Positions 28,578 to 39,531 of a stretch of 64,000 nucleotides of DNA are shown in pieces (within the stretch, counting starts at the first letter, position 1; each line of letters starts with the position of its first letter). Below the pieces are notes generated by a model. That model saw nothing but the letters and a program-made list of their open reading frames with translations. It did no database searches and was not told the DNA's origin. The stretch is from contig CARJLX010000001.1 of assembly GCA_949001935.1 (NCBI GenBank), forward strand, positions 195,231 through 259,230. The letters run 5' to 3'. A program made the position numbers and the translations under genes. Source of the DNA: an uncultured Eubacteriales bacterium (lineage in GTDB: Bacteria; Bacillota; Clostridia; Christensenellales; UBA1242).

Positions 28578-29319
28578 TAATACAGTTGAGAAAAAGCCAT
28601 TAAAAGAAAAATTAAAAGCATGGCTTGCTCGTTATGGCTATGCAGTTGTCTTGACAATCATCGTTCTTCTTGTTGACTGCATAGTTTATTGGCTAACAAG
28701 ATATATAGCTGTCAATTTTAAGGTTTTTGATTTTACAATTCATGGTTTTGATGATAAAGTTCCACTTCTTAAAATATTTTTTATTCCATATCTTCTTGCT
28801 TATCCTTATTGGTTTATTGCACCAATTATTGCTGCAAAAAACAAAAAAAGATTTTGCAATTGGTTTGTCGCGGTTATGATAAGTTTCTTGATAACAGGCA
28901 TAATTTATTGCTTTATGCCAACAACAATTTCTCGTCCAATTGATGAAATGCTAGCAAGTGATAATCCAATAGATAATTGGATTGGAAATTTTTATTTGTT
29001 TGATGGGGGGTATGTTCCATTTGGGTGTTTTCCAAGTATACATTGCCTGTTGAGTGCTTTCTGCTATATTGGTGTTAGAAATCAAAAAAATATTCATTTT
29101 GTTAATCGTGTGGGTATTTTAATTATGGATATTCTTATTTTACTAGCAACACAATTTACAAAACAACATTATATAGTTGATTTAATTTCGGCAGTCTTTT
29201 TAGCAGAATTTACTTTCTTTATCTGTAACAAGTTTAATTTAGGTGCAAAACTAGAAAGGTTTATAACTAAAATAGAGAATAAAATATTCAATAAAGAAGC
29301 AGAAAAGCATCAAGAATAG
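28558..29319 (+). CDS. PAP2_C/AUR1-like PAP2-superfamily membrane protein
   Basis: FPSIHCLLSAF and TKQHYIVDLISA motifs. GTG start overlaps the upstream gene by 20 nt. Confidence 0.6.
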   Translation: MGNLENNNTVEKKPLKEKLKAWLARYGYAVVLTIIVLLVDCIVYWLTRYIAVNFKVFDFTIHGFDDKVPLLKIFFIPYLLAYPYWFIAPIIAAKNKKRFCNWFVAVMISFLITGIIYCFMPTTISRPIDEMLASDNPIDNWIGNFYLFDGGYVPFGCFPSIHCLLSAFCYIGVRNQKNIHFVNRVGILIMDILILLATQFTKQHYIVDLISAVFLAEFTFFICNKFNLGAKLERFITKIENKIFNKEAEKHQE

Positions 29320-29340
29320 CAAGGTATACAAACAAAAATT

Positions 29341-29388
29341 AAACAATATATTTTCTAATTTTCACAAAAGAAAATATATTGTTTTTTT
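29341..29388 (+). terminator. Strong rho-independent terminator
   Basis: aaacaatatattttc / gaaaatatattgttt 15-bp perfect stem followed by a T-run. Confidence 0.8.
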
Positions 29389-29547
29389 ATTAAATTTTAT
29401 TAATTTTTGTAATAAATTTTACATTCATGAGTATTTATATTTTAGGCGTAAGTTATTCGACAAATACTGGCAAATTATGAGTTTTTTCATGATTTTCTTT
29501 CTTGCTTTTTAACTGCGTTTTAATTTATATTTAAAAGTGAGGTTTGT

Positions 29548-30312
29548 ATGCATTTTTGCGTTATCAAATCAAGGACTATCAAAATCCTTATTGCTATGGC
29601 TGTTGTTATAACTCTTTTAACGGTTTCTTTTTATGGCGGAACCTGTGCCGAAGTCTTTTTTGGGTATGCGTCTAGGTTAGTTCCTATTTATAATGTTCAA
29701 ACAGAGGAAAAGGTGGTGGCTCTTTCTTACGATGCAGCTTGGGGAGCTGACAAAACCGAAGATATTTTAGCTGTACTCAAAGAATATGATGTTGAGGCAA
29801 CTTTCTTCCTTGTAGGTTTTTGGGTAGATAAATTTCCAGAAAAAGTGAAGGCTATCAAAGAGGCTGGAATGGAAATTGGAACTCATACAGATAGCCATCC
29901 AGATCTTGCCAAGAAGAATGCTGACACAATTAAGCAAGAGCTTGAAGTATCTATGAATAAGATCACCGCTATAACTGGAGATAATGTAGAACTCTTTAGA
30001 GCTCCATTTGGATCTTATAACAACACGGTTATCTCTGTTGCAAGTGGACTTGGGCTTAAAACTATTCAATGGAACATTGATTCCCTTGATTGGAAGGGAT
30101 TGTCTGCTCCTGATGTTAATTCTAGAGTTATGAATAATTTAAGCGAAGGATCTATCATTCTCATGCATAATAATGCCGATAATGTTGTTCAGTCAACAAG
30201 GCTTGTTTTGGAGGGCTTGAAAGGACGGGGGTATAAAGTTGTACCTATTGGGAAATTAATTTATCAAGATAATTATGTTATCGACAACGCAGGAAAACAA
30301 ATCAAAAAATAA
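29548..30312 (+). CDS. Polysaccharide deacetylase (NodB/CE4 domain), membrane-anchored
   Basis: SYDAAWG..., ATFFLVGFW, GTHTDSHPDL, LFRAPFGSY, IILMHN. N-terminal TM helix. Confidence 0.85.
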   Translation: MHFCVIKSRTIKILIAMAVVITLLTVSFYGGTCAEVFFGYASRLVPIYNVQTEEKVVALSYDAAWGADKTEDILAVLKEYDVEATFFLVGFWVDKFPEKVKAIKEAGMEIGTHTDSHPDLAKKNADTIKQELEVSMNKITAITGDNVELFRAPFGSYNNTVISVASGLGLKTIQWNIDSLDWKGLSAPDVNSRVMNNLSEGSIILMHNNADNVVQSTRLVLEGLKGRGYKVVPIGKLIYQDNYVIDNAGKQIKK

Positions 30313-30330
30313 AAAGGAGAAAATTTTTAA

Positions 30331-31032
30331 ATGAACAACGAACAAAATCTAAATTCGAATTATGGGCAGCTTTTAGGAAAAATTGTAAGCAAGCCTATTC
30401 AAACTCATGAGTCTTACAATGAAAAATTTTATGAAGTTATGTTGGAGGTTAAAAGACTTTCCAAAAATTGTGACATTATTCCAGTTTCTTTTGGAGAAAG
30501 AATGCTTAAAAGTATTGACGATATTGCCGAGGGGAAGGAAATTGCTGTTAATGGAGAATTTAGAAGTTTTAACAAACTTGTTGATAACAAAAGCAAGCTT
30601 ATTCTATATTTCTTTGCCAAGAATTTTATTGGAGAAGAAGAAAAGAAGTTGATTGATATTGAGGAGTCAAACCAATTGATGTTGAAAGGTTTTATTTGTA
30701 AGCCTCCTGTTTTTAGAGAAACACCATTCGGTCGTCAAATTTGCGATTTATTACTTGCAGTTAATAGACCTGTTTATAACCGTTCTGATTATATTCCTTG
30801 TCTTGCTTGGGGGCGTAATGCTTTCTTCGCAAAACAATGGGCTGTTGGCACTAGCGTTGAAGTTGAGGGTAGAATTCAATCTCGACCTTATAAGAAAACA
30901 ACAGATAAGGGTGAAGAAGAACACGTTGCATATGAAGTTTCTTGCAAATCTATTGCAGTTATTGAAAATGCCGGTATTGAAAGTAAACAAAATGCTAATT
31001 ATAGTCAAGAAGAAGCACAAGTTGGTTGTTAA
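30331..31032 (+). CDS. Tandem-OB-fold SSB-like protein (paralogue 1), no canonical acidic tip
   Basis: The C-terminal half aligns with bacterial SSB (LLLAVNR...DYIPCLAWGRNA...VGTSVEVEGRIQSRPY...YEV). The N-terminal half repeats the pattern (DIIPVSFGERM...GKEIAVNGEFRSF). Confidence 0.7.
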   Translation: MNNEQNLNSNYGQLLGKIVSKPIQTHESYNEKFYEVMLEVKRLSKNCDIIPVSFGERMLKSIDDIAEGKEIAVNGEFRSFNKLVDNKSKLILYFFAKNFIGEEEKKLIDIEESNQLMLKGFICKPPVFRETPFGRQICDLLLAVNRPVYNRSDYIPCLAWGRNAFFAKQWAVGTSVEVEGRIQSRPYKKTTDKGEEEHVAYEVSCKSIAVIENAGIESKQNANYSQEEAQVGC

Positions 31033-31058
31033 AAAACATGCATAAATGCATGTTTTTT
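31033..31058 (+). terminator. Rho-independent terminator
   Basis: aaaacatgca / tgcatgtttt palindrome followed by a T-run. Confidence 0.7.
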
Positions 31059-31068
31059 ATTTTAAATA

Positions 31069-31097
31069 TTGACAATTTATAAAATTTGATTTATAAT
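31069..31097 (+). promoter_or_regulatory. Consensus sigma-A promoter
   Basis: TTGACA (31069-31074), 17-nt spacer, TATAAT (31092-31097). Confidence 0.6.
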
Positions 31098-31119
31098 ATT
31101 ACTATAAATGGAGGTTAAA

Positions 31120-31869
31120 ATGAGAATTGTTTCAGCAAATGGCAAAATGCCAGAGATGCAATATAAACCATATAAACAAGTACAAATTAAAAAATCTAAA
31201 TTAATAAATTTTCAAACAGGAAAAGATTCTTTTGGCAATCCTATTTATTTATTAAATCACGGTGTTGAAGAAGTTGTTGGTTATGTAGGTGACGATTCTA
31301 GATTGCTTTTCAATGATGAAAAAAACATAACTGTTTATGGATTTTTAAAAGTCAATAACGATAACAATGTTGTTGATAGTTATTGTCCATTTGCAGTTGT
31401 TAGAGTTCATAATGATAATCCTGCACTTTCATATTTAAGTATGTTTGGGGAATTTACATCAACTCCTTCAAAAACAGGGGTGTTATATTATCAATATATG
31501 AATAGACAAATATCACTTGATGAAATCCCATTTGGATTTATTAAAGATAGTGACTTATTTCGTAAGGCAATTGTAGAGGAAGAATATTCTCGTAGGATTA
31601 ATCTTTATATAGATAAAGCTGAGGAAACTAACAAGCATATTGATTATGATGGTCTTTATTATGAAATGGAAGGAATTGAAAGAGCATTTAAGGCTTCATC
31701 TCCAGAAGAATTTTTTGATTTGCGTTTGGCATCTTTTGCTAATGCTAAGTATGAAGCAGACGCAATAGAAAAATCTAAACAGGAATATCTTACAAAACAG
31801 AAAGAATTGCAAAATAATTGTTTTGGGACTCAAGCATTGCCAATAGATTATGGTGGTGAACAAGATTAA
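31120..31869 (+). CDS. Hypothetical protein (249 aa), no recognisable domain
   Basis: GGAGG RBS 7 nt before the ATG at 31120. Has its own consensus promoter and terminator (ttaagtg/cacttaa at 31866-31892). Confidence 0.6.
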   Translation: MRIVSANGKMPEMQYKPYKQVQIKKSKLINFQTGKDSFGNPIYLLNHGVEEVVGYVGDDSRLLFNDEKNITVYGFLKVNNDNNVVDSYCPFAVVRVHNDNPALSYLSMFGEFTSTPSKTGVLYYQYMNRQISLDEIPFGFIKDSDLFRKAIVEEEYSRRINLYIDKAEETNKHIDYDGLYYEMEGIERAFKASSPEEFFDLRLASFANAKYEADAIEKSKQEYLTKQKELQNNCFGTQALPIDYGGEQD

Positions 31870-31917
31870 GTGTTTAAAGACACTTAATTTTTATTAAAAA
31901 AACAGGTGTTAAACCTG

Positions 31918-32763
31918 TTAAAAGCTATTTAGAAAATCATAATAAGTTGAAAGAAGTTGTGTATAACGATATTTTATTAAAGATGAATAGGTTTGAGTAT
32001 TGCTTTCAAGTTTGCCTGAACATAAGTTTTCTAATATGTTAACTGCCTTGCCTAAATGTCTACCAAGCAAAGACAGGGTTTGCTCTTGGACGTTTTTATA
32101 TAAAGTGTTAAAATCTGCGAGGGTGGAATTCATAGTTGAGTAAACATTATTTATTGCAAGCCTTGCAGAAATGTCATTATATACACTTGTATCAAGGCTA
32201 ATTGCAATATCAAATAACTCTTGATAAGCTACATAAAAACTTTTTAAAGCCTTAGTTAGAACTTTTTTGCCATCATTATCATAATCTCCAGAAAGCGAAA
32301 GTGTTGTGAAATCTATACTAAATATATCACTGTCTAAGTTATAATTAACTTTTATATTGTTTTGCACAAGTGTTGCGTCATTTTCTTTTTCATAGCAACT
32401 GGCTATAACATGATAATATCCATTATATTTCCAAACATAACCTCCAGCCCCAAGCTTTTGATAATCACATGCCAGTGAGTGTGCCGAATTTTCTAGTTGA
32501 CTTTTTGTAAGGGAGATAAAATATAATTTAAATGATGGAGTTGAAAGCCCTTGAGAAACCTGAGTGCTTGTAGGAATTATTAAATAAGAAATAACTTGAG
32601 CGAAACCTAAACAGGCTGCAAAAACAAAGGTAAAAGTGAATAAAATAAGCACTTTTTTTATTTTTTTATTATTTTTTGGCACTAACTCTTGATTTTTCAT
32701 ATATTCTTTGTTTACATTATTGTATGACAAAAACTGGCAATCTATGAGTAAAATCTTACTCAA
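31918..32763 (-). CDS. Membrane-anchored protein with a SPOR-like domain (tentative)
   Basis: TM helix VLILFTFTFVFAACLGFA, then GAGGYVWKYNGYYHVIASCYEKENDA resembling SPOR repeats. Start ambiguous (TTG at 32763 or ATG at 32700). Confidence 0.45.
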   Translation of the reverse strand: MSKILLIDCQFLSYNNVNKEYMKNQELVPKNNKKIKKVLILFTFTFVFAACLGFAQVISYLIIPTSTQVSQGLSTPSFKLYFISLTKSQLENSAHSLACDYQKLGAGGYVWKYNGYYHVIASCYEKENDATLVQNNIKVNYNLDSDIFSIDFTTLSLSGDYDNDGKKVLTKALKSFYVAYQELFDIAISLDTSVYNDISARLAINNVYSTMNSTLADFNTLYKNVQEQTLSLLGRHLGKAVNILENLCSGKLESNTQTYSSLIKYRYTQLLSTYYDFLNSF

Positions 32764-32822
32764 CTTGCTTTACATTTTTGTTGTAAAAGAATATAATTAT
32801 AATCGAAATTAAGGAGGATTTT

Positions 32823-34738
<1,916 letters not shown>

Positions 34739-34742
34739 AAAA

Positions 34743-34767
34743 ACGGACAAGGCTGTCCGTTTTTTTA
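34743..34767 (+). terminator. Rho-independent terminator of groESL
   Basis: acggaca / tgtccgt stem followed by T7. Confidence 0.85.
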
Positions 34768-34827
34768 GTGTTTAACTAATAAATTTTTGCAATATGTTAA
34801 ACAATCAGTCATTGAACATTTGGTTCG

Positions 34828-35598
34828 TTATTTACGCTTATTCATAACTTTATTGCAACCGGCAAGATACCAAGATTTTGGCAAAAGGGCTTTGGCAAAA
34901 TAAAGGAGTTTATATTTGAAAGTCATAACATACATTGGCTTTAATTCCTTTTTATTAATCCATCGTACCAATATTTTAGTTGCCTTTTCAAGGCTCATGC
35001 GTTTTTCTTCTCTAGAGTCGGTATGAAGGGTTGAAAGTTCAATCGCTTTGCCATAACGCTCATTAGTTTGGAAGTCCTTAAGTCTATTTTTTGTAAAGTT
35101 TGTTTTTATATCACTTGGGCAAACTGCTGTTACTTGTATTTTTGTTTGGCAAAGTTCACAGCGAAGTGAGTCAGTTAAAGCGATAATTGCACTTTTGCTT
35201 GCTCCATAAAATGCTCGATATGGAATTGGGAAAAGCCCCATTGCTGATGCAAAATTAATTATTTTGCCTTTATTTCCCATTAGCGGAAGGACGAGTTGAA
35301 TTGCATTTATTGTTCCCATAATATTAACATCAAAAATACTTTGAACTTTTTCAATAGGAGTAAGTTCAATAGCTCCAGAGCCTCCAAATCCTGCACAATT
35401 GATAAGCATATCAACTCTATCAAATTTTTCTTTAATATCTTTAAAAGCCTCTTCCATTTTTGCTCTATCAGTCACATCACAGTTAAAATCGGCATCAGCA
35501 AGAGAGATGTTATAAACCTTGTCACCTTTCTTTTCATAATACTCTTTTAATGCTTTGCCTATTCCGCTTGAAGCACCTGTTATAACAATATTTTGCAT
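34828..35598 (-). CDS. Short-chain dehydrogenase/reductase (SDR)
   Basis: ITGASSGIGKA cofactor motif and YGASKSA catalytic motif. GGAGG RBS supports the ATG at 35598. Confidence 0.85.
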   Translation of the reverse strand: MQNIVITGASSGIGKALKEYYEKKGDKVYNISLADADFNCDVTDRAKMEEAFKDIKEKFDRVDMLINCAGFGGSGAIELTPIEKVQSIFDVNIMGTINAIQLVLPLMGNKGKIINFASAMGLFPIPYRAFYGASKSAIIALTDSLRCELCQTKIQVTAVCPSDIKTNFTKNRLKDFQTNERYGKAIELSTLHTDSREEKRMSLEKATKILVRWINKKELKPMYVMTFKYKLLYFAKALLPKSWYLAGCNKVMNKRK

Positions 35599-35722
35599 AA
35601 GTTCCTCCAAAAAGTATATATATTATACTAAATTTATTAATTTGCACAAAACAAATTTGACAAATATTTTTCAGTGTGATATATTTTATTATAATAAAGA
35701 AATAATAAACGGGGAGGTCGTT

Positions 35723-36220
35723 GTGAATGGTACAAAACGAGGGCTAATTATAGCTGCTATTGTTATGAATTTTTTATCTATTGCTTTAAATGTTTATTTG
35801 GCAATTAATGGAATTTTAATATTAATAGATAATCCCTATGAAGCTTTAATTTGGATGTATGTTATTTATGAAATTCTTGGTGTTTTTGCGTATGTCGTAA
35901 CTGCTGGACTTTTGATTTATTCTATTGCGGATCATGGTTTGCATTTTAGGCAACGCAATGGATATTATATGACGGCTGTTATTTTAAGTTTGTTTTTAAA
36001 TTTATTTTCAATATCATCTATGCTTTTGATTATTACTATGTTTTTATCTGATTGGGTTTGGGTTAAGCCTCAAGATGATGCTTATTTTAAAAAGGAAGAA
36101 AAGGCTGAAGAAAATAAAGATAAGGAAAGGGCAAAAAAAATTGATACTTTAAGAAAGCTTAAAGCAGAAGGGAAAATTACTGAAGAAGAGTTTAATGAAC
36201 AGCTTTTCAAACTTTTATAG
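35723..36220 (+). CDS. Membrane protein with a C-terminal SHOCT-like domain
   Basis: GGGGAGG RBS then GTG at 35723. 4 TM helices, ending in LRKLKAEGKITEEEFNEQLFKLL (SHOCT pattern). Confidence 0.6.
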   Translation: MNGTKRGLIIAAIVMNFLSIALNVYLAINGILILIDNPYEALIWMYVIYEILGVFAYVVTAGLLIYSIADHGLHFRQRNGYYMTAVILSLFLNLFSISSMLLIITMFLSDWVWVKPQDDAYFKKEEKAEENKDKERAKKIDTLRKLKAEGKITEEEFNEQLFKLL

Positions 36221-36265
36221 GTTGTTTTGACAAAGAAAGTCATAATTCTTTCAAATTCGCTAAAA

Positions 36266-36297
36266 AAAGTCAAGATTTGACAAAATCTTGACTTTTT
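36266..36297. terminator. Bidirectional rho-independent terminator
   Basis: aaagtcaagatt / aatcttgacttt 12-bp stem flanked by A- and T-runs. Confidence 0.8.
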
Positions 36298-36303
36298 ATT
36301 TTG

Positions 36304-36792
36304 TTATTTTGTTTTATAGTGTCGATTATTTTCTATTTTTGTAGTTGATGGCAATCTTTTTTCTTTAAAAAAAATTGTTAAAAGTTTTGAACAGCTTTCT
36401 TGATAATCTTGTAAATACTCAAAATCTACCTTATGATTTAGTCTTGTAGAAGCAAAAATTTTTTCACAAAGGTCATCATTAGATGTTTTTTCTTTAGCCC
36501 CAATATACACTTTTCTAATTCTTGCATTAGAAATAGCCCCTGCACACATAGGGCAAGGTTCTAAGGTTACATAAAGTTCACAATCCTCTAATCTCCAGGA
36601 TTTTAGGCACTTACAGCCTTTTTGGATCACGTTTATTTCTGCATGAGCAAGTGCATTTTGCTTTCTTTCGCGTTTATTATAGCTTTTAGCTATAACCTTA
36701 TTTTTATATACAAGCACAGCCCCAATTGGGACTTCGCCTTTTAATTTTGCTTTTTCTGCCATAGTAATGGCAAGTTCCATAAATTTGTCCAT
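36304..36792 (-). CDS. tadA: tRNA-specific adenosine deaminase
   Basis: HAEINVI and TLEPCPMCAGA zinc motifs; EVPIGAVLV. Confidence 0.85.
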   Translation of the reverse strand: MDKFMELAITMAEKAKLKGEVPIGAVLVYKNKVIAKSYNKRERKQNALAHAEINVIQKGCKCLKSWRLEDCELYVTLEPCPMCAGAISNARIRKVYIGAKEKTSNDDLCEKIFASTRLNHKVDFEYLQDYQESCSKLLTIFFKEKRLPSTTKIENNRHYKTK

Positions 36793-36870
36793 AAATATAA
36801 TATAATTTTTTAATCTTGAAAAGTAAAGTTTTTTCTTGTTTTTTTTTGAAAAAAGTTATATACTTGCACC

Positions 36871-37857
36871 ATGGAAAACAAAAGAGAACAAAAACAAATC
36901 AACAATAAAACTTTCGAAAAGCGAAATTTTTACACTAATGACGATAGTGGAAAAGTTTTTATTTTTGCTTTACTATTGCCTTATATACTTATGTTTATTT
37001 TATCACTTGTGGCAGGTTTTATTGAAAGAGGAATGAATGCTGAGGCTGGCACAATAACTAGTCATGTAGGATTTTTAATTCCAGCCACATTATTAACACA
37101 ACTTTCTTTCCTTGGAATTTTTATACTTTACAATAAAATGTTTAGTATTACATATAAAGCTTCAACAATTACAAATAAGCCTAGATGGCAAGATATTTTA
37201 ATTGCAATTCTAGTTGCTTGTATATCTTTATTTGGTTTACTTTTGTTTACTAATTGTTATGATGTTTTTTTGAACAATGTTTTAAAATTTCCTGTCAATG
37301 AGGGGTTGACTGGAATTCCACTTGATAATTTTGGTTGGTTTACTTTAAATCTTCTTTTATTAGGTATTTTGCCAGGTGTTTGCGAGGAACTTATATTTAG
37401 AGGAGTGGTTTTGCAAGGAATAAGAAAAAACTTTAGTGATTGGGTTGCTATAGTTGTTTCTGCTTTGATGTTTGCATTATTCCATACAAATCTGCAACAA
37501 TTTATTTATCCTTTTATCCTAGGATTAATCTTAGGCTGGATTGCTATTAGAAGTGGAAGTTTAACAATTTCTATTATTGTTCATACAACGAACAATTTTA
37601 TAGTGGTTTTGCTTGCTTATATTAACAAACCTTTTGCTGATTTTCAAAATGTTTGGTGGTATTATCTTCTAGCTTTTGTGCTTCTGGCTATAACAGGATT
37701 AATAATTTATTTAATAGACAAATTTTACTTCAAAAGAAAAAATCATAACGATATTGAAAAAGAAAAGGTTGCAAAAATATCACCTTTTATATGGTTAGGA
37801 ATTGGCGTTAGCGTTATTTTATTGGTTTTAGATACGATTATGAGATATTTGGGGTAA
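36871..37857 (+). CDS. CPBP (CAAX/Abi) family intramembrane glutamic endopeptidase
   Basis: CEELIFRG, FALFH and HTTNN motifs. Polytopic. Confidence 0.8.
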   Translation: MENKREQKQINNKTFEKRNFYTNDDSGKVFIFALLLPYILMFILSLVAGFIERGMNAEAGTITSHVGFLIPATLLTQLSFLGIFILYNKMFSITYKASTITNKPRWQDILIAILVACISLFGLLLFTNCYDVFLNNVLKFPVNEGLTGIPLDNFGWFTLNLLLLGILPGVCEELIFRGVVLQGIRKNFSDWVAIVVSALMFALFHTNLQQFIYPFILGLILGWIAIRSGSLTISIIVHTTNNFIVVLLAYINKPFADFQNVWWYYLLAFVLLAITGLIIYLIDKFYFKRKNHNDIEKEKVAKISPFIWLGIGVSVILLVLDTIMRYLG

Positions 37858-37896
37858 AACTATAATTTTTTATGAGAGGGCTTAATACAATAAACT

Positions 37897-39075
37897 ATGA
37901 AAAAAAATAACTCTAATAATTCTTTATCTGTTCGAAATAAGGTGTCACAGGCAGCATATGGCACTTACTTTTTGATCGCCTTATTATTCATTACTTGGCG
38001 AATGCTTTTGAGTTTTGGCGTGCTTGATTTTATTCCAGAACTTGCAAGAAGTATTATTTCTACTATATTTATACAAGTAGTACTAATGTTCTCTGTCACT
38101 TTATTTATGTTTTCTGGACTTTTGAAAAGAAAACCTAGAGAGGGGCTTAAGTTTTTTGGATACAAAAAAATTACCAAAAAAGCATGGTTATTTGCCATCG
38201 TCTTAGGAGTAATTGTATTTTTCTTGAATTCTTATATAGCTTCTTTCTTTGCTAGCATTTTGGAGTTCCTAGGCTTTAGAAGCGGTGGAGAAATGCCTAC
38301 GAGTTATCCTTGGTGGATGTTTATTCTCAATATTTTCTTAACAGCACTTCTGCCTGCTGTATGTGAGGAAACTGCTCATCGAGGACTTTTGATGAGGGGA
38401 AGTTTATGCTTTGGCTCTACTAGAGCAATTATTATCTCATCTCTTATGTTTGGACTTATGCATATGAACATTCAACAAGTGTTTTATGCAACCATAATTG
38501 GTTTCTATCTAGGTTATCTCGCTATTCATAGCGACTCAATTTATCCAAGCATAGTTGTTCATTTTATGAATAACGCCTTAAGTACACTTATGACTTTCTC
38601 ACTTGTAAACAACTTTGGTTTTGGGAATTTGATTAACAAGTTGACAACTATTTCAAACGAATATGCTGTTATAGGAGTTATGTTTAATGTTGTATTTATT
38701 GCGGTTTTAATTACGGGATTGATTTATTTTACTAAAAAATTAATTCACGAAACCTCTGAGGCGAGAATTAAAGATTTACAATCACATATTTACAATGATC
38801 TTGTTAAACAAGAATATATGGAAAATATTTCTCAAAGCAAAAAAGCAATTAGGGGTGAGGTGAGTGACAAGACAGAAGAAATTTATGTTGATGTTGAAGA
38901 AATGTTTTTAGATAAAAATATCGAACTTGGCTACATGACGATCATTGATAGACAAATGCTTCAAGATGAAAAAAAATATAAACCAGACTTAATTTCTATG
39001 TTGTCGCTTTCGCTTGCCTTTGCTGTTGGGCTTATTGCAACTATTTTTACTCTTGTTTGGGGGCTGATGATATGA
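37897..39075 (+). CDS. CPBP (CAAX/Abi) family intramembrane glutamic endopeptidase with an extra C-terminal region
   Basis: CEETAHRG, FGLMH and HFMNN motifs. Polytopic. Confidence 0.8.
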   Translation: MKKNNSNNSLSVRNKVSQAAYGTYFLIALLFITWRMLLSFGVLDFIPELARSIISTIFIQVVLMFSVTLFMFSGLLKRKPREGLKFFGYKKITKKAWLFAIVLGVIVFFLNSYIASFFASILEFLGFRSGGEMPTSYPWWMFILNIFLTALLPAVCEETAHRGLLMRGSLCFGSTRAIIISSLMFGLMHMNIQQVFYATIIGFYLGYLAIHSDSIYPSIVVHFMNNALSTLMTFSLVNNFGFGNLINKLTTISNEYAVIGVMFNVVFIAVLITGLIYFTKKLIHETSEARIKDLQSHIYNDLVKQEYMENISQSKKAIRGEVSDKTEEIYVDVEEMFLDKNIELGYMTIIDRQMLQDEKKYKPDLISMLSLSLAFAVGLIATIFTLVWGLMI

Positions 39076-39527
39076 TGACTATAAAAATAGTTTGTGTCGG
39101 AAACTTAAAAGAGAAGTTTTGGCGTGAAGCTTGTGAAGAATATCAAAAAAGACTTTCAAGATTTTGCAAACTTAAAATTATAGAACTTGAAGAACAGAAC
39201 AATCTTTCATCTCAAAAAACTTTAGAAAAAGAAGGAGAGGAAATATTGAAACATATTTCTGGGAAAACAATTCTTCTTGCAATAGAAGGCAAGCAGTATT
39301 CAAGTGAAGAGTTTGCTGACAAGCTTGAAAAAGAAGCGTTAACATCAAGTGAATTAACTTTTATTATTGGTTCTTCTTGTGGGGTGAGTGATGGAGTTAA
39401 AAATATTGTTAAAGAAAAAATATCTTTTGGAAAACCAACTTTTCCGCATAATCTTGCAAGGATTATGTTGTTAGAACAAATTTATCGTGGATTCATGATA
39501 AATAATGGCTCTACTTATCATAAGTGA
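39072..39527 (+). CDS. rlmH: 23S rRNA (pseudouridine1915-N3)-methyltransferase
   Basis: SPOUT RlmH pattern IKIVCVGNLKEKF...FIIGSSCG...PHNLARIMLLEQIYRG. ATGA overlap with the CPBP gene. Confidence 0.85.
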   Translation: MMTIKIVCVGNLKEKFWREACEEYQKRLSRFCKLKIIELEEQNNLSSQKTLEKEGEEILKHISGKTILLAIEGKQYSSEEFADKLEKEALTSSELTFIIGSSCGVSDGVKNIVKEKISFGKPTFPHNLARIMLLEQIYRGFMINNGSTYHK

Positions 39528-39531
39528 GCCA

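Noticed and set aside
30407-31045. Alternative-frame ORFs within the first tandem-OB gene: 30407-30652, 30429-30620, 30751-31020 and 30755-31045.
   Set aside because: The SSB-like frame has the clear homology signal and the RBS. The others are shadow ORFs.
32701-32822. I searched upstream of groES for a CIRCE operator (TTAGCACTC-N9-GAGTGCTAA), which is expected for HrcA-regulated groESL in Bacillota.
   Set aside because: No match or near-match was seen, only a TATAAT at 32792-32797. A negative result from reading by eye is not strong enough to claim unusual heat-shock regulation.
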